DNA of 64,000 nucleotides from positions 40,128 through 104,127 of the forward strand of contig JAIKVL010000016.1 of NCBI GenBank assembly GCA_024685775.1, given 5' to 3'. The position numbers were made by a program, and so were the translations under genes. Of the stretch, positions 36,672 through 46,210 are shown piece by piece (position 1 is the stretch's first letter; the number at the start of each line of letters is the position of its first letter). The stretch is from Clostridia bacterium (GTDB taxonomy: Bacteria > Bacillota > Clostridia > Christensenellales > CAG-1252). Under the pieces are notes generated by a model, which was not told where the DNA came from, did no database searches, and saw only the letters and a list, made by a program, of their open reading frames with translations.

Positions 36672-37327
36672 GATTCGATCGCGCCGTCTTTCACTCGGAT
36701 CCGACTGTTCCCGTAGGACGCGCCCTGCTCGCTGTGGGTGACCTGAACGACGGTCACGCCGAAAGTCTTATTGAGATCGGACAAAAGTTCCATAACCGCG
36801 CGCGCGTTCGCGCTGTCGAGGTTTCCGGTCGGTTCGTCCAGAAAGATGACGTCGGGATCGTGGATCAACGCGCGAAGGATCGCCGCGCGCTGCTGCTCGC
36901 CGCCCGATAAGACGTCCGGATAGGAAGAGAGTACGGAAGAAAGGCGGGTAAATTCCGCAAGTCGCCCGAACTTTTCTTCATAGTCCGCCGCCCGTTTTCC
37001 GGACAAGCGCAAGGGAAGCAGAATATTATCGCGAACGGTCATCGTCGGGACGAGATTGAAAAACTGATAGACGAACCCGATCTTCGTTCGCCGCAACAGA
37101 GCAAGCTCTTTTTCGGGAATCGAAGAGATCTCGCTTTCGCCGATTTTTACGGAGCCGCCGTCCGGGCGAAGGACGCCGCCCATGATCGAAAGGAGCGTAC
37201 TTTTTCCGCTGCCGCTCTCACCCGTGATCGAAAGGAAATCCCCCGATTTCACCGTAAAAGAAACGGAGTGCAGGATCTCCCTGCCGCTGAAACTCTTTTG
37301 AATATCTGAAACGATTATATCCGCCAT
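36662..37327 (-). CDS. ABC transporter ATP-binding protein (MacB/LolD-type)
   Basis: Motifs are GESGSGKSTLL, LSGGEQQRAAILRAL and IFLDEPTGNLD. Confidence 0.9.
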   Translation of the reverse strand: MADIIVSDIQKSFSGREILHSVSFTVKSGDFLSITGESGSGKSTLLSIMGGVLRPDGGSVKIGESEISSIPEKELALLRRTKIGFVYQFFNLVPTMTVRDNILLPLRLSGKRAADYEEKFGRLAEFTRLSSVLSSYPDVLSGGEQQRAAILRALIHDPDVIFLDEPTGNLDSANARAVMELLSDLNKTFGVTVVQVTHSEQGASYGNSRIRVKDGAIESCF

Positions 37328-37337
37328 ATCCGCCGCC

Positions 37338-37802
37338 TTATAAAATCAAATCTTTAAACGTCGCGCCCGTAGCCGCTTCGAACGAGGACGGCGCCGCCTT
37401 CAAAAAGACGCCGAGTTTTCCCGCGCTCGTATAAATCTCGTCAAATAGAATCGCCGTCTCGTCAAACACCGTTTGAAACTGCTTTTTCATTCCGATCGGG
37501 CTGCATCCGCCGTGGACGTACCCCGTCAGCGGGAAAAGCTTTTTTTGCGGAAGCATCGCGACGCTTTTTACGCCGACCGCTTTCGCCGCCTTTTTGAGAT
37601 CGAGCGTCTCCCCGACGGGGATCACGAAGACGTAATGCGAAAAATCGGATCCTTCGGTGACGAGCGTTTTGAAAACGCGCTCCTTCTCCTCTCCGAGCAT
37701 GGAAGCGGCTTCGACCCCGTCTTTCGGGACGGAAGGAAGCCATTTTCCCTCGTACGGCTTTCCCATTTGCTCCAAGATGCGCATCGTGTTCGTTTTTTCC
37801 AT
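37338..37802 (-). CDS. ybaK: Cys-tRNA(Pro)/Cys-tRNA(Cys) deacylase YbaK family
   Basis: 154 aa. It shows the TNTMRILEQ...KTLV...GYVHGGCSPIGMKK pattern typical of YbaK/EbsC. Confidence 0.8.
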   Translation of the reverse strand: MEKTNTMRILEQMGKPYEGKWLPSVPKDGVEAASMLGEEKERVFKTLVTEGSDFSHYVFVIPVGETLDLKKAAKAVGVKSVAMLPQKKLFPLTGYVHGGCSPIGMKKQFQTVFDETAILFDEIYTSAGKLGVFLKAAPSSFEAATGATFKDLIL

Positions 37803-37913
37803 AAAAGAATTATAATATCTGCGCGATTTTTTGTCAATAACGCGCGAGGCGAAGAGCGTGACGAGAGAGGAAATCGTTTGACAATTCGGGCGACTTTTCT
37901 TACTCTATATAGT

Positions 37914-38888
37914 ATGGAACGCAAACTGAACAAAACCAAATTCGTTCGATACGGAATGCTGCTCGTCGCGGCGTTTTTTTGGGGAATGGCGTTCGTCGTT
38001 CAGGCGACGGACAAGATCCCGCCTTTTACCTTTACCGCCGTGCGTTCTTTGATCGGCGCCGCCGTCCTTTTCCCCGTGGCGATCTTGATGGACAAAGGAA
38101 AAGTCAGACGCGGCGAAAAAGCGATCCTGCCCGCGGACGAAAAGAAAAAAGCGTTTCGGACGCTTTTGATCGGCGGGCTTTGTTGCGGCGCGGTTTTGAC
38201 TTGCGCCACGAATCTCCAGCAATTCGGAATGAGTCTGAACCTCGAAGCGGGAAAGGCGGGCTTCATCACCGCGATGTACATCGTCTTGGTTCCCTTCCTC
38301 GGACTTCTCACGGGGAAAAAGAGCGGGATCGTTATGTGGATCTCCGTTTTGATCGCAGTTGCGGGGCTGTACTTCATTTGCGTAAAAGGCGCGTTTCGGA
38401 TCAATAAGGGTGATATCTGCCTGATCGCCTGCGCGTTTGCTTTCGCGGGGCATATCACGGTCGTCGATCACTTTACGAACGTTACGGACGGTGTAAAACT
38501 CAGCGCGATGCAATTCGTCTTCTGCGGGCTGTTTTCCCTCGCCGCCTCGCTGATCTTCGAATTCGGAAAGATCTCTTTTTCCGAGCTTCTCGCTTTCTAT
38601 CCGTCCTTCCTTTATATGGGCATTTGTTCCTGCGGCATCGCATACACCTTCCAGATCCTCGGGCAAAAAGGAACCAATCCGACCGCCGCTTCTTTGATTA
38701 TGAGCTTCGAATCTTGTTTTTCTCTGCTCGGCGGCGTCCTCTTCCTCGGCGAGCGGCTTACCCCGCGCGAATGGATCGGGTTCGCCCTGATGGTCGTCGC
38801 GATCGTCTTGACCGAGACCAAAGAGCTTTTCGAAAAAGCGCCGACGCCCGAATTCAAACCCGTTTCGTCCGAAAACAAACCCGTTTGA
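37914..38888 (+). CDS. DMT superfamily (EamA) transporter
   Basis: Trimmed to ATG 37914 (MERKLNKTKFVRYGMLLVAAFFWGMAFVVQ). It has 10 TM helices arranged as two EamA repeats. The upstream part of the track ORF overlaps ybaK on the opposite strand. Confidence 0.85.
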   Translation: MERKLNKTKFVRYGMLLVAAFFWGMAFVVQATDKIPPFTFTAVRSLIGAAVLFPVAILMDKGKVRRGEKAILPADEKKKAFRTLLIGGLCCGAVLTCATNLQQFGMSLNLEAGKAGFITAMYIVLVPFLGLLTGKKSGIVMWISVLIAVAGLYFICVKGAFRINKGDICLIACAFAFAGHITVVDHFTNVTDGVKLSAMQFVFCGLFSLAASLIFEFGKISFSELLAFYPSFLYMGICSCGIAYTFQILGQKGTNPTAASLIMSFESCFSLLGGVLFLGERLTPREWIGFALMVVAIVLTETKELFEKAPTPEFKPVSSENKPV

Positions 38889-39002
38889 TCCTTTCCGAGA
38901 TCCGATAAGCGCGCGAAAAGAAAAAAAAGCGGCGGCGAAAATCAAAGGATGCGACCCGCTCCTATTGACCGATTTTTCGATTTTGTGATATACTTTATAA
39001 AT

Positions 39003-40340
39003 ATGAAACGTTTTCTCGGCGCGATCCTTATTTTATCGCTTACGCTCGCTCTCGCGACGGGACTTTTTTCTTGTAAACCCGAAAAAACGCCCGAGGAATC
39101 GACCGATCTGAACGCGCTTGCGCTCGAAGTCGCGGAAGAAGCGATCCCGGACGGCGAACTCAATGCGGCGATCGCGGAAAAACTGCTTTCCGCTCTGACG
39201 GAAGCCGAGTTCGAAAAAGCGGAGATCGTCGCGTCGCTGCGCGCTCTCAAAGAAAAAGGCGCGGACGTGATGCCCGCTTTGATCGCGCTTTACGAAAGCA
39301 ACTTCGCGAAGGAACACGCAAAAGCCTCTTACGTCGCGCTCGGCGCGATCGCGAAAGCGGTCAGCCCGGAAGCCGCGGGCGAACTCTTTTACTCCGTCGT
39401 CTGCTCTTTGGGCGAATCGCCCGCCTATTCCAAAGAGGACTGCCGCAAGATCGGTTCTCTTGTCTTCGGATTGAACGTCGATATCGACGAATCCTTCCTT
39501 TCAAGCGTCCTCAGCGAAGGGCTTTCTTCGATCGGTGCAAAAGAGATCAACACGATCTTCCGAGCCGTTTCCGCTTCTCTGAATCAAGCGAAGACGATCT
39601 CCCTGCACGCGAAGGTCTTTTTATACAACCTCTTAAACGAAACCATCGACAATTTCGCCGCGCCCGAAGAATTTACCGAAGAACAGATCAAAACTCTGAT
39701 CTCCTTCAAAAACTATCTGAAAGAACTCGCGAAGACCCTTCTCGATCATTTCGAGATCGCGCTCACCTATCTTTCCGCATATTTCGGAAACGCTTCCTCC
39801 CGCCTGACCCTCGGCGGCGCCTACGCCAAGACGGACGAGACCTTATATTACGGCTATACCTACGACGACTGGAAATCCACCCAACTTACGAAAGAAGAAT
39901 ACGACGCCCGCTCGGGCGATTACGACGATTACTTCGCGCTCGAAGGAACGGCTTACGGCTATTACGACGGCGATCGCTTCGTAAAAATCTCGGAAAGCGA
40001 CGTCGCGCTCGGCGAAAAGGTCTACGTATTGCAGGTTCTTTTCCGCGCGTACTCCGCGCTTTCGGACGCGCAAAAAGAAGAATTCCGAACCTTCCTGCAA
40101 AAGTCTCTTTCCATCCTCGCGAAGGACGAAGGCTCCGTTATGACGATCTTTAAGCTTACGCCGCACGAAGCCGACGAAAACGCTCGAATCGCATCGCTCA
40201 ACGACCTTCTTTCCGCCCTTTCCACTGTCTCCTCGTTTGAATCCACGGACGGCGTGACCGATCACGAACGCGCCGCGGCGAACGCCGCGATCGACGTTTA
40301 CGACGCGTTCCTGCGCGGCTACTTCCCGCATTTATTCTGA
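39003..40340 (+). CDS. hypothetical lipoprotein (445 aa)
   Basis: ATG 39003. The signal peptide and lipobox are MKRFLGAILILSLTLALATGLFSC. I recognise no family. Confidence 0.6.
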   Translation: MKRFLGAILILSLTLALATGLFSCKPEKTPEESTDLNALALEVAEEAIPDGELNAAIAEKLLSALTEAEFEKAEIVASLRALKEKGADVMPALIALYESNFAKEHAKASYVALGAIAKAVSPEAAGELFYSVVCSLGESPAYSKEDCRKIGSLVFGLNVDIDESFLSSVLSEGLSSIGAKEINTIFRAVSASLNQAKTISLHAKVFLYNLLNETIDNFAAPEEFTEEQIKTLISFKNYLKELAKTLLDHFEIALTYLSAYFGNASSRLTLGGAYAKTDETLYYGYTYDDWKSTQLTKEEYDARSGDYDDYFALEGTAYGYYDGDRFVKISESDVALGEKVYVLQVLFRAYSALSDAQKEEFRTFLQKSLSILAKDEGSVMTIFKLTPHEADENARIASLNDLLSALSTVSSFESTDGVTDHERAAANAAIDVYDAFLRGYFPHLF

Positions 40341-40356
40341 TTTTTTTCGGACAAAA

Positions 40357-40392
40357 CGAAAAACGCGGCGTGGGATCACGCCGCGTTTTTTC
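40357..40392. terminator. bidirectional intrinsic terminator between convergent genes
   Basis: The stem CGCGGCGTG (40364-40372) pairs with CACGCCGCG (40377-40385) across the loop GGAT. An A-run lies upstream and T6 lies downstream. Confidence 0.65.
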
Positions 40393-40410
40393 TTTTGATA
40401 ATCGTTTCGC

Positions 40411-41385
40411 TTAACACTTGATCAAAGTCTTCAAATAATTGTTATCCTCGTCCATCGCTTCGGTAAAGGCGACGGGAGCGGCGAGAAAATCCACCGTCTT
40501 TTCGACGAGGTTATCCACCTTGACGACTTCGTTCGCGAGAAGGTTAATCGCGGCGTTCATATCCGACGAACCGTTATTGATCCCGACGACGGAGAGCTGG
40601 CGCCCCATGATCGCGGAAATATCCGCGCTGAGTTTACCGACGAAGGTATCGTAACCGACGATGCCGACCTTTCCCCCTTCCGCAGTCAACGAAAAGGCAA
40701 GTTGCGGCTGCTGAGAAGAGCGGCATTCGAAAACGGTGCAATCCGCCATTCTGCCGCAAGTAATCTGACGAATGCGCTTCGCCGCGTCCTGCTTGGAAGA
40801 ATTCACTCTGTAATAGATGCCGTACTCGGCGGCTTCTTCAAGCTTTTTATCCGACTTGTCGATAATGATCGGAATCGCCTGATAATAGATCGCGAGCTGC
40901 GCGAAGATCAAACCGAGCGCGTTCGCGCCGAGAATGGCGACGTACTGCTCGTGCTTCAAATCGAGCTTATCGGTCAAAGCCGCGGCGATCGAAATATATT
41001 CGGCGAAAACGCCCATATCTTCCGTTATGCTTTCGGGAAGAGAATAGACGCACTCTTCGGGGACGACGACGTAATCCGCGAGATACCCGTCCTCATCCGA
41101 TCCGCGAACTCTCAGCCTGCCTTTCTGATCTTTCGAATAGGGAGAGAGAAGGACTCTTTCGCCCTTGCGGAAGCGGCTTCCGGGGTTGGCTTCGCTGATG
41201 ACCCCCGTCGCGATGCGACCGGGGACGATCGGGAGAGCGACGGGCGCGGTCCCTTCGTATACCGAAATATCCGCGCTCGACAATCCGAGCTTCGCAACTT
41301 TGACTTTGACGTAATCCGGGCGGAGATCCCCCGTTTCTTCTTCCATAGAGAGCGATTTTACGCCCACGATTCTCCAAACTTTCAT
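40411..41385 (-). CDS. medium-chain dehydrogenase/reductase (alcohol dehydrogenase-like) family protein
   Basis: Trimmed to ATG 41385 (MKVWRIVGVKSL...). It has a GroES-like fold followed by a Rossmann fold (VAILGANALGLIFAQLA). The usual catalytic-Zn GxCGSD motif reads LSSAD, so it may not bind Zn. Confidence 0.7.
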   Translation of the reverse strand: MKVWRIVGVKSLSMEEETGDLRPDYVKVKVAKLGLSSADISVYEGTAPVALPIVPGRIATGVISEANPGSRFRKGERVLLSPYSKDQKGRLRVRGSDEDGYLADYVVVPEECVYSLPESITEDMGVFAEYISIAAALTDKLDLKHEQYVAILGANALGLIFAQLAIYYQAIPIIIDKSDKKLEEAAEYGIYYRVNSSKQDAAKRIRQITCGRMADCTVFECRSSQQPQLAFSLTAEGGKVGIVGYDTFVGKLSADISAIMGRQLSVVGINNGSSDMNAAINLLANEVVKVDNLVEKTVDFLAAPVAFTEAMDEDNNYLKTLIKC

Positions 41386-41729
41386 AGTGATCCTTCGCCT
41401 TTCGGCAAGCATTATTATAGCACGCCTCACGGGAAAAGTAAAGCCCGCGCGCGGCGCATTTATCAAGATTGCGTCTCCTTGAAAAAAATCCAAACGAAAC
41501 CCCGATCCGATCCCTCGGTTCAGCGTCGGTCTTTTCAAATAAAGTACCCTTTGATTTCCGCTCCGATCTCTTCTTTATACTATTTTCAGAATTGCGCGCC
41601 CGATTATCTTTTTTAATAATATATTTATTAGGAAGCGCGCATAGCTTCTCCGCGGCGGCCGAACCGCCCGCATAAAAAGAAGGATCCGACCGCTCCTTCA
41701 TTTTATTATTCCGTCTTTCCGCAGCGCGA

Positions 41730-42686
41730 TTACGCTCTTACGCCGTGGATCGCCAAAGCCAACGCGCCGAGAAGTCCCGCGTCGTTTTTGAGTTCCGCCG
41801 CTTTTACGACGACTTTTCCGTTTTTCCCCGCGCCGTAAACGAGCGAATTCACCTTTCTCGAAACCTTCTTGATGAAATAATCGCCTTGATTACTGATGCC
41901 GCCGCCGATCAAAAAGACGTCGGGGCGGAAAATATTCGCCAAGGAAGCGACGCCTTGCGCGACGTAAGAAACGTAATTACGAATAACCTTTTTCCCCGCA
42001 GGGTCGTCCGCTTTCGCGGCGTCGAACGGGACGATACCGCTCTCGCCCTTCTCTTTCCAAAGCTTCGCGAGAAGGCTATCCGGACGGCGCTCGACTTCCT
42101 TCGCGGTCTGGCGCAATAAAGCGGTCGCCGAAGCGTACGCCTCGAAGCAACCTCTGTTTCCGCAGGTGCATTTTTCGCCGCCCATTTTGATGACCATATG
42201 ACCGCCTTCCGCGCCTGCGCCGCCTTTACCGGTGATCATCTGCCCGTTCGCGATGATCCCCGCGCCGACGCCCGTTCCGAGCGTGATCAAGACGACGTCC
42301 GAAAGACCTTTCGCCGCGCCGAATTCCGCTTCGCCGAGGGCAGCCGCGTTCGCGTCGTTCTCGACGAAAACGGGAAGATCCAAATGTTTTTTGACTTCCG
42401 CCACGATCGGCGCGTTTTCGAGCACGATATTATTGGAGTACACGATCACGCCCCTTTTGCCGTCCACCGTTCCGGGCGTTCCGATTCCGACGGCGGCGAT
42501 ATCGCTTTCGTTCACGCCGATCTTCGCCGCAAGTCCTTTCAGAAAAGACGCGATCTGCTCGCCCATTTCGGCGCAAGTAATCCCTTTCTGCGTCTTAAAA
42601 CTGTCTTTGACCAATATTTCGCCGCTCTCTTTCGCGAGACAGCATTTGATGCTCATTCCTCCGACGTCCACGCCTGCATAAATCAT
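41730..42686 (-). CDS. ROK family sugar kinase (glucokinase-like)
   Basis: Motifs are MIYAGVDVGGMSIK, ENDANAAALGE and the ROK zinc motif KCTCGNRGCFEAY. Confidence 0.85.
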   Translation of the reverse strand: MIYAGVDVGGMSIKCCLAKESGEILVKDSFKTQKGITCAEMGEQIASFLKGLAAKIGVNESDIAAVGIGTPGTVDGKRGVIVYSNNIVLENAPIVAEVKKHLDLPVFVENDANAAALGEAEFGAAKGLSDVVLITLGTGVGAGIIANGQMITGKGGAGAEGGHMVIKMGGEKCTCGNRGCFEAYASATALLRQTAKEVERRPDSLLAKLWKEKGESGIVPFDAAKADDPAGKKVIRNYVSYVAQGVASLANIFRPDVFLIGGGISNQGDYFIKKVSRKVNSLVYGAGKNGKVVVKAAELKNDAGLLGALALAIHGVRA

Positions 42687-42718
42687 ACCATCTCTCTCCT
42701 TTCTTTTTCCGACTGTCG

Positions 42719-44032
42719 TCAGTTAATAAATTCTTCGTAGATCGCGTTGATCGCTTTCTCGTAATCGTCGCCCTTGACCGCGACGATGATATTCAGCTCG
42801 CTCGAACCTTGATCGATCATCTTGATATTGACGCCGACGCGCGAAAGCGCGGTGAAAAGGCGCGACGCCGTTCCGGGCTTATACGCCATTCCGTGTCCGA
42901 CGGTCGCGATCAATGCGAGATCGCTTTGGATCTCCAAACGGTCGGGGCTGACCGCTTCGCGAATTCCGCCGACAAGCTCTTGCATTTTGTTTCCGATCTC
43001 GGTGTCCGCGATGATCAAGGTCATCGTGTCGATTCCGCTCGGGAGATGCTCGAAGCTGATGTTCAGATTTTCGAGAACGGAGAGAAGTTTTCTCGTAAAG
43101 CCGATCTCGTTATTCATCATCGATTTCTCGATCAAAATACTGACGAACCCTTTCTTACCCGCGATACCCGTGATCAGGCGATCGTGTTGCAAGACGCCCG
43201 GAAGGATCATCGTCCCTTTGTTTTCCGGCTCGAAGGTATTGCGGATATTGATGGGGATATTCGCCTTACGAACGGGGAAAATGCTTTCGGGATGGAGGAC
43301 GTTCGCGCCCATATAAGAAAGCTCGCGCAACTCGCGATACGAAAGCTCGGGAATGGGCTTCGGATTCTCCACGATGCGGGGATCCGCGGTCAAAAAGCCG
43401 TTTACGTCCGTCCAGTTTTCATAGATATCCGCTTTGACGGCGCGCGCGATGATCGCGCCCGAAACGTCGCTTCCGCCTCTCGAAAAGGTAACGATCCTTC
43501 CGGTGGAAGTGCTTCCGTAAAAGCCGGGGACGACGACGCCGGAATCGAGCGGCAAAAGGGTCTTTTGCGCGACGTCGTTCGTGTACTCCGCGTTGAAGAC
43601 GCCGTTATCCGAAAAGCGAATGATCTCTCTCGCGTCCACGAAAGTGAAATCGAGGTACGCCGCGAGAAGCATCGCGGAAAGTCTCTCGCCTTGCGACGCC
43701 GCGAAATCGGGCGAAGAAGAGAGCTTGATTCCTTCCTCGATCGAAGCGAAAATCGACGGAAGATCGAGCTTTTGATCCACGCCGAGTCCCGAAGCGATCT
43801 CGGTAAAACGATCGCGGATCGGAGCGAATAACTCCGAAACGCGCTTTCCTTTTTTGCTTTCCGCATAGCAATTCAGCAAGCTGTCGGTTATCTTGATATC
43901 TTTGGAAAACCTTTTACCGGGCGCGGAAACGACGATATATTTCCGATCCCCGTCCGATTTGATGATCTCCGCGACGCGCTTGATCGTGTCGCTCGAAGCC
44001 ATACTGCTTCCGCCGAATTTACAAACTTTCAT
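42719..44032 (-). CDS. aspartate kinase
   Basis: The N-terminus is MKVCKFGGSSMAS. SRGGSDVSGAIIA is present and C-terminal ACT repeats follow. AGGAGG lies upstream. Confidence 0.9.
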   Translation of the reverse strand: MKVCKFGGSSMASSDTIKRVAEIIKSDGDRKYIVVSAPGKRFSKDIKITDSLLNCYAESKKGKRVSELFAPIRDRFTEIASGLGVDQKLDLPSIFASIEEGIKLSSSPDFAASQGERLSAMLLAAYLDFTFVDAREIIRFSDNGVFNAEYTNDVAQKTLLPLDSGVVVPGFYGSTSTGRIVTFSRGGSDVSGAIIARAVKADIYENWTDVNGFLTADPRIVENPKPIPELSYRELRELSYMGANVLHPESIFPVRKANIPINIRNTFEPENKGTMILPGVLQHDRLITGIAGKKGFVSILIEKSMMNNEIGFTRKLLSVLENLNISFEHLPSGIDTMTLIIADTEIGNKMQELVGGIREAVSPDRLEIQSDLALIATVGHGMAYKPGTASRLFTALSRVGVNIKMIDQGSSELNIIVAVKGDDYEKAINAIYEEFIN

Positions 44033-44051
44033 AGTCCAATCCTCCTGTCTC

Positions 44052-45275
44052 TTATTTAATCCTTCTGCTTTCGAGATAGTAGCGTTTTTCTTCCGCTTCG
44101 CCCATCGAGAAGGTCTTTCTCGGAAGCGAACCGTGCTTTACGACGTAGGGGAACAGCTCTTCCTTTTGAAGGACGGGCATATAGATCGCGACGCCGTCGC
44201 GCGAAGCGGCGACCTTGGCGACGTTCTCGTCCCCGTGGATATAGTCGACCGCCGCGCCTTCGTGTGCGGAAAGATATTCGTCGATGAATTCCTGAATCGC
44301 TTTGACCGCTTCGGGCGCTCCGCTCGGAACGGAAACGGAGAACATCTCGTCACGGTAGACGACGGTAACGTGACCGTCGCCCGAAAGCGAAGACTGCATC
44401 GCTTTGATGAACTCGCCGTTCACGCCGAACACGACGCGATGGATCGCCTCGAACGAGAGATCTTCCTCATACAGGTTATTGACTTCCGCGAGGAAATAGC
44501 GCGCGGGATGGTTTCCCCAATCCTTTTCGGGAATCGTCTTCTTGATCTCTTCCCAAAGGACTTTCGCGGTCGCGACGGAATGGTTTCCGTCTCCTACGGC
44601 GAACAAAAACGGAAGATCCGTCCCGTAAAGCTCTTTGCTGCGTTCTTTCGACCCGAGAGCCTCGATCGCGCGGACGGCGTTCGCCCCGTCTTTGACCAAA
44701 TAGCCGCGAATCGATCCGCCCGACATATTGAGCTCGGTATCGTAAAGCTTATCCGCTTCGGTGACCTTTTCGAGAAGAGGCTCGATCACGGTCTTATCCT
44801 TGTCGTCGATCAAAAGGAGGACGTGCGGGAGTTCGAGCGGCGCGTTGCGGCGGATCCGAATGCGAACGGGAAGCCTTTCTTTGACCGTCGCTTCGGTCGC
44901 ACGGATCGGGAGAGAACCCGTCGTAAAATCGTACTGTTCGAGATCGATCGTAACGATGAGTCCGGTGCGGCGCCTGCCGTAGCTCGTCTCACGGACGGTC
45001 AAAATCAATCCGTCCACCTCACGGAAAACGCCTTCGCTGATATACTTGCGCATATAGGAGTTGATCCGATCGATGCGAGCGTCCATATCGCCCTTATCGA
45101 GATAGTACTCGGGGAAAATGACGTTCAAGGCGGAAACCTCGCCGCATTCGTCTTTCAGCTTTTGCCAGTACTCGCCCTGCGAGGTAAATTGGTCGCAGGC
45201 GATGACCGCCCATTTTTTCAGATTCACGCACTCTTTCGGTAAGAGGACGCGGGGTACTTTAACGATCGCGCTCAT
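44052..45275 (-). CDS. DUF1015 family protein
   Basis: 407 aa. WAVIACDQFTSQ and DGNHSVATAK are motifs I associate with DUF1015. Confidence 0.75.
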   Translation of the reverse strand: MSAIVKVPRVLLPKECVNLKKWAVIACDQFTSQGEYWQKLKDECGEVSALNVIFPEYYLDKGDMDARIDRINSYMRKYISEGVFREVDGLILTVRETSYGRRRTGLIVTIDLEQYDFTTGSLPIRATEATVKERLPVRIRIRRNAPLELPHVLLLIDDKDKTVIEPLLEKVTEADKLYDTELNMSGGSIRGYLVKDGANAVRAIEALGSKERSKELYGTDLPFLFAVGDGNHSVATAKVLWEEIKKTIPEKDWGNHPARYFLAEVNNLYEEDLSFEAIHRVVFGVNGEFIKAMQSSLSGDGHVTVVYRDEMFSVSVPSGAPEAVKAIQEFIDEYLSAHEGAAVDYIHGDENVAKVAASRDGVAIYMPVLQKEELFPYVVKHGSLPRKTFSMGEAEEKRYYLESRRIK

Positions 45276-45276
45276 G

Positions 45277-46131
45277 TTATCTCCTTCCGCCGACTCCGAA
45301 ATTTCTCGTCTTTCTACGGCTGATATCCGTTATGCCGAACGCTTCGTCCAAAGCGTCCATCAGTTTTTCGCCCGTCATATAGCGTTTGATATCGCCGTTT
45401 TGGACGAGAGAAATGATACCCGTTTCCTCACTGACGACGATGGTCAAAACGTCGCTCTCCTCCGTGATGCCGACCGCCGCGCGGTGACGCGTCCCGAGGT
45501 CCTTGCTGATCGCGGGGTTTTGGGAAAGGGGCAAGAAGCAACCCGCCGCGAGGATCATATTGTTTTTAATGATCGCGGCGCCGTCGTGCAGAGGCGCGTG
45601 GGGGTTGAAGATGCTTTCGATGAGCGGCGCGGACAAAACGGCGTTCAGGCGAATACCCGTGTCCAACATATTCGAAGAGATGATCGTCGGACAAACGACG
45701 ATCAACGCGCCGATGTTATTCTTCGCGAGGTTTTGGCAAGCCTTGACGATCTCGCCCGAAGCGTAACGAAGATCGTCCTCGTTGCGGGAGTTATGGAGTT
45801 TCGCGTAGACGTTCTCCTCCGTCTGCCCGCCGAACTTCGCGAACAGCAGTTTGAGGTCGGACTGATAGACGACCGCGCTCGCCGCGATAAAGATGATCGC
45901 GAGGAATCGGAAGATCTCTCTCGTAAAGTACAAGGCTTTCAAGTCGAACAGGGAGACGCAGACGTCCATCCCAGCGAAAAGGATGGAGAACAGGACGAAG
46001 AAAAGCCCCACGCGATAATTCTTTTTGCGGAAGAAAAACACCGTTACCATAACGAGAAAAATCACGAGGACGACCGCGTCGATCAGCGAGATCCAACTCA
46101 AATTCTTAAAATATTCCGTAAGTCCTTGCAT
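45277..46131 (-). CDS. cdaA: diadenylate cyclase CdaA
   Basis: There are 3 N-terminal TM helices. The DAC domain reads GALIVV...PLHDGAAIIKNN...GTRHRAAVGITEESD. The start is ATG 46131; the track start is GTG 46143. Confidence 0.85.
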   Translation of the reverse strand: MQGLTEYFKNLSWISLIDAVVLVIFLVMVTVFFFRKKNYRVGLFFVLFSILFAGMDVCVSLFDLKALYFTREIFRFLAIIFIAASAVVYQSDLKLLFAKFGGQTEENVYAKLHNSRNEDDLRYASGEIVKACQNLAKNNIGALIVVCPTIISSNMLDTGIRLNAVLSAPLIESIFNPHAPLHDGAAIIKNNMILAAGCFLPLSQNPAISKDLGTRHRAAVGITEESDVLTIVVSEETGIISLVQNGDIKRYMTGEKLMDALDEAFGITDISRRKTRNFGVGGRR

Positions 46132-46210
46132 ACGCGCCCTCACTTATAAACGAAATCGCTTAAAGTATAATATATTGCGCGCAAAAAATAAAGCGAATTG
46201 AAGGGCTAAA

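Noticed and set aside
41386-41729. A 344-nt gap between the ROK kinase gene and the MDR dehydrogenase gene, with track ORFs of 68 aa (+) and 202 aa (-).
   Set aside because: Neither ORF has a convincing RBS or a recognisable sequence. The 202-aa ORF runs into the dehydrogenase gene out of frame. The region most likely holds the dehydrogenase promoter (TTTACT, 17-nt spacer, TATAAT on the minus strand) and its leader.
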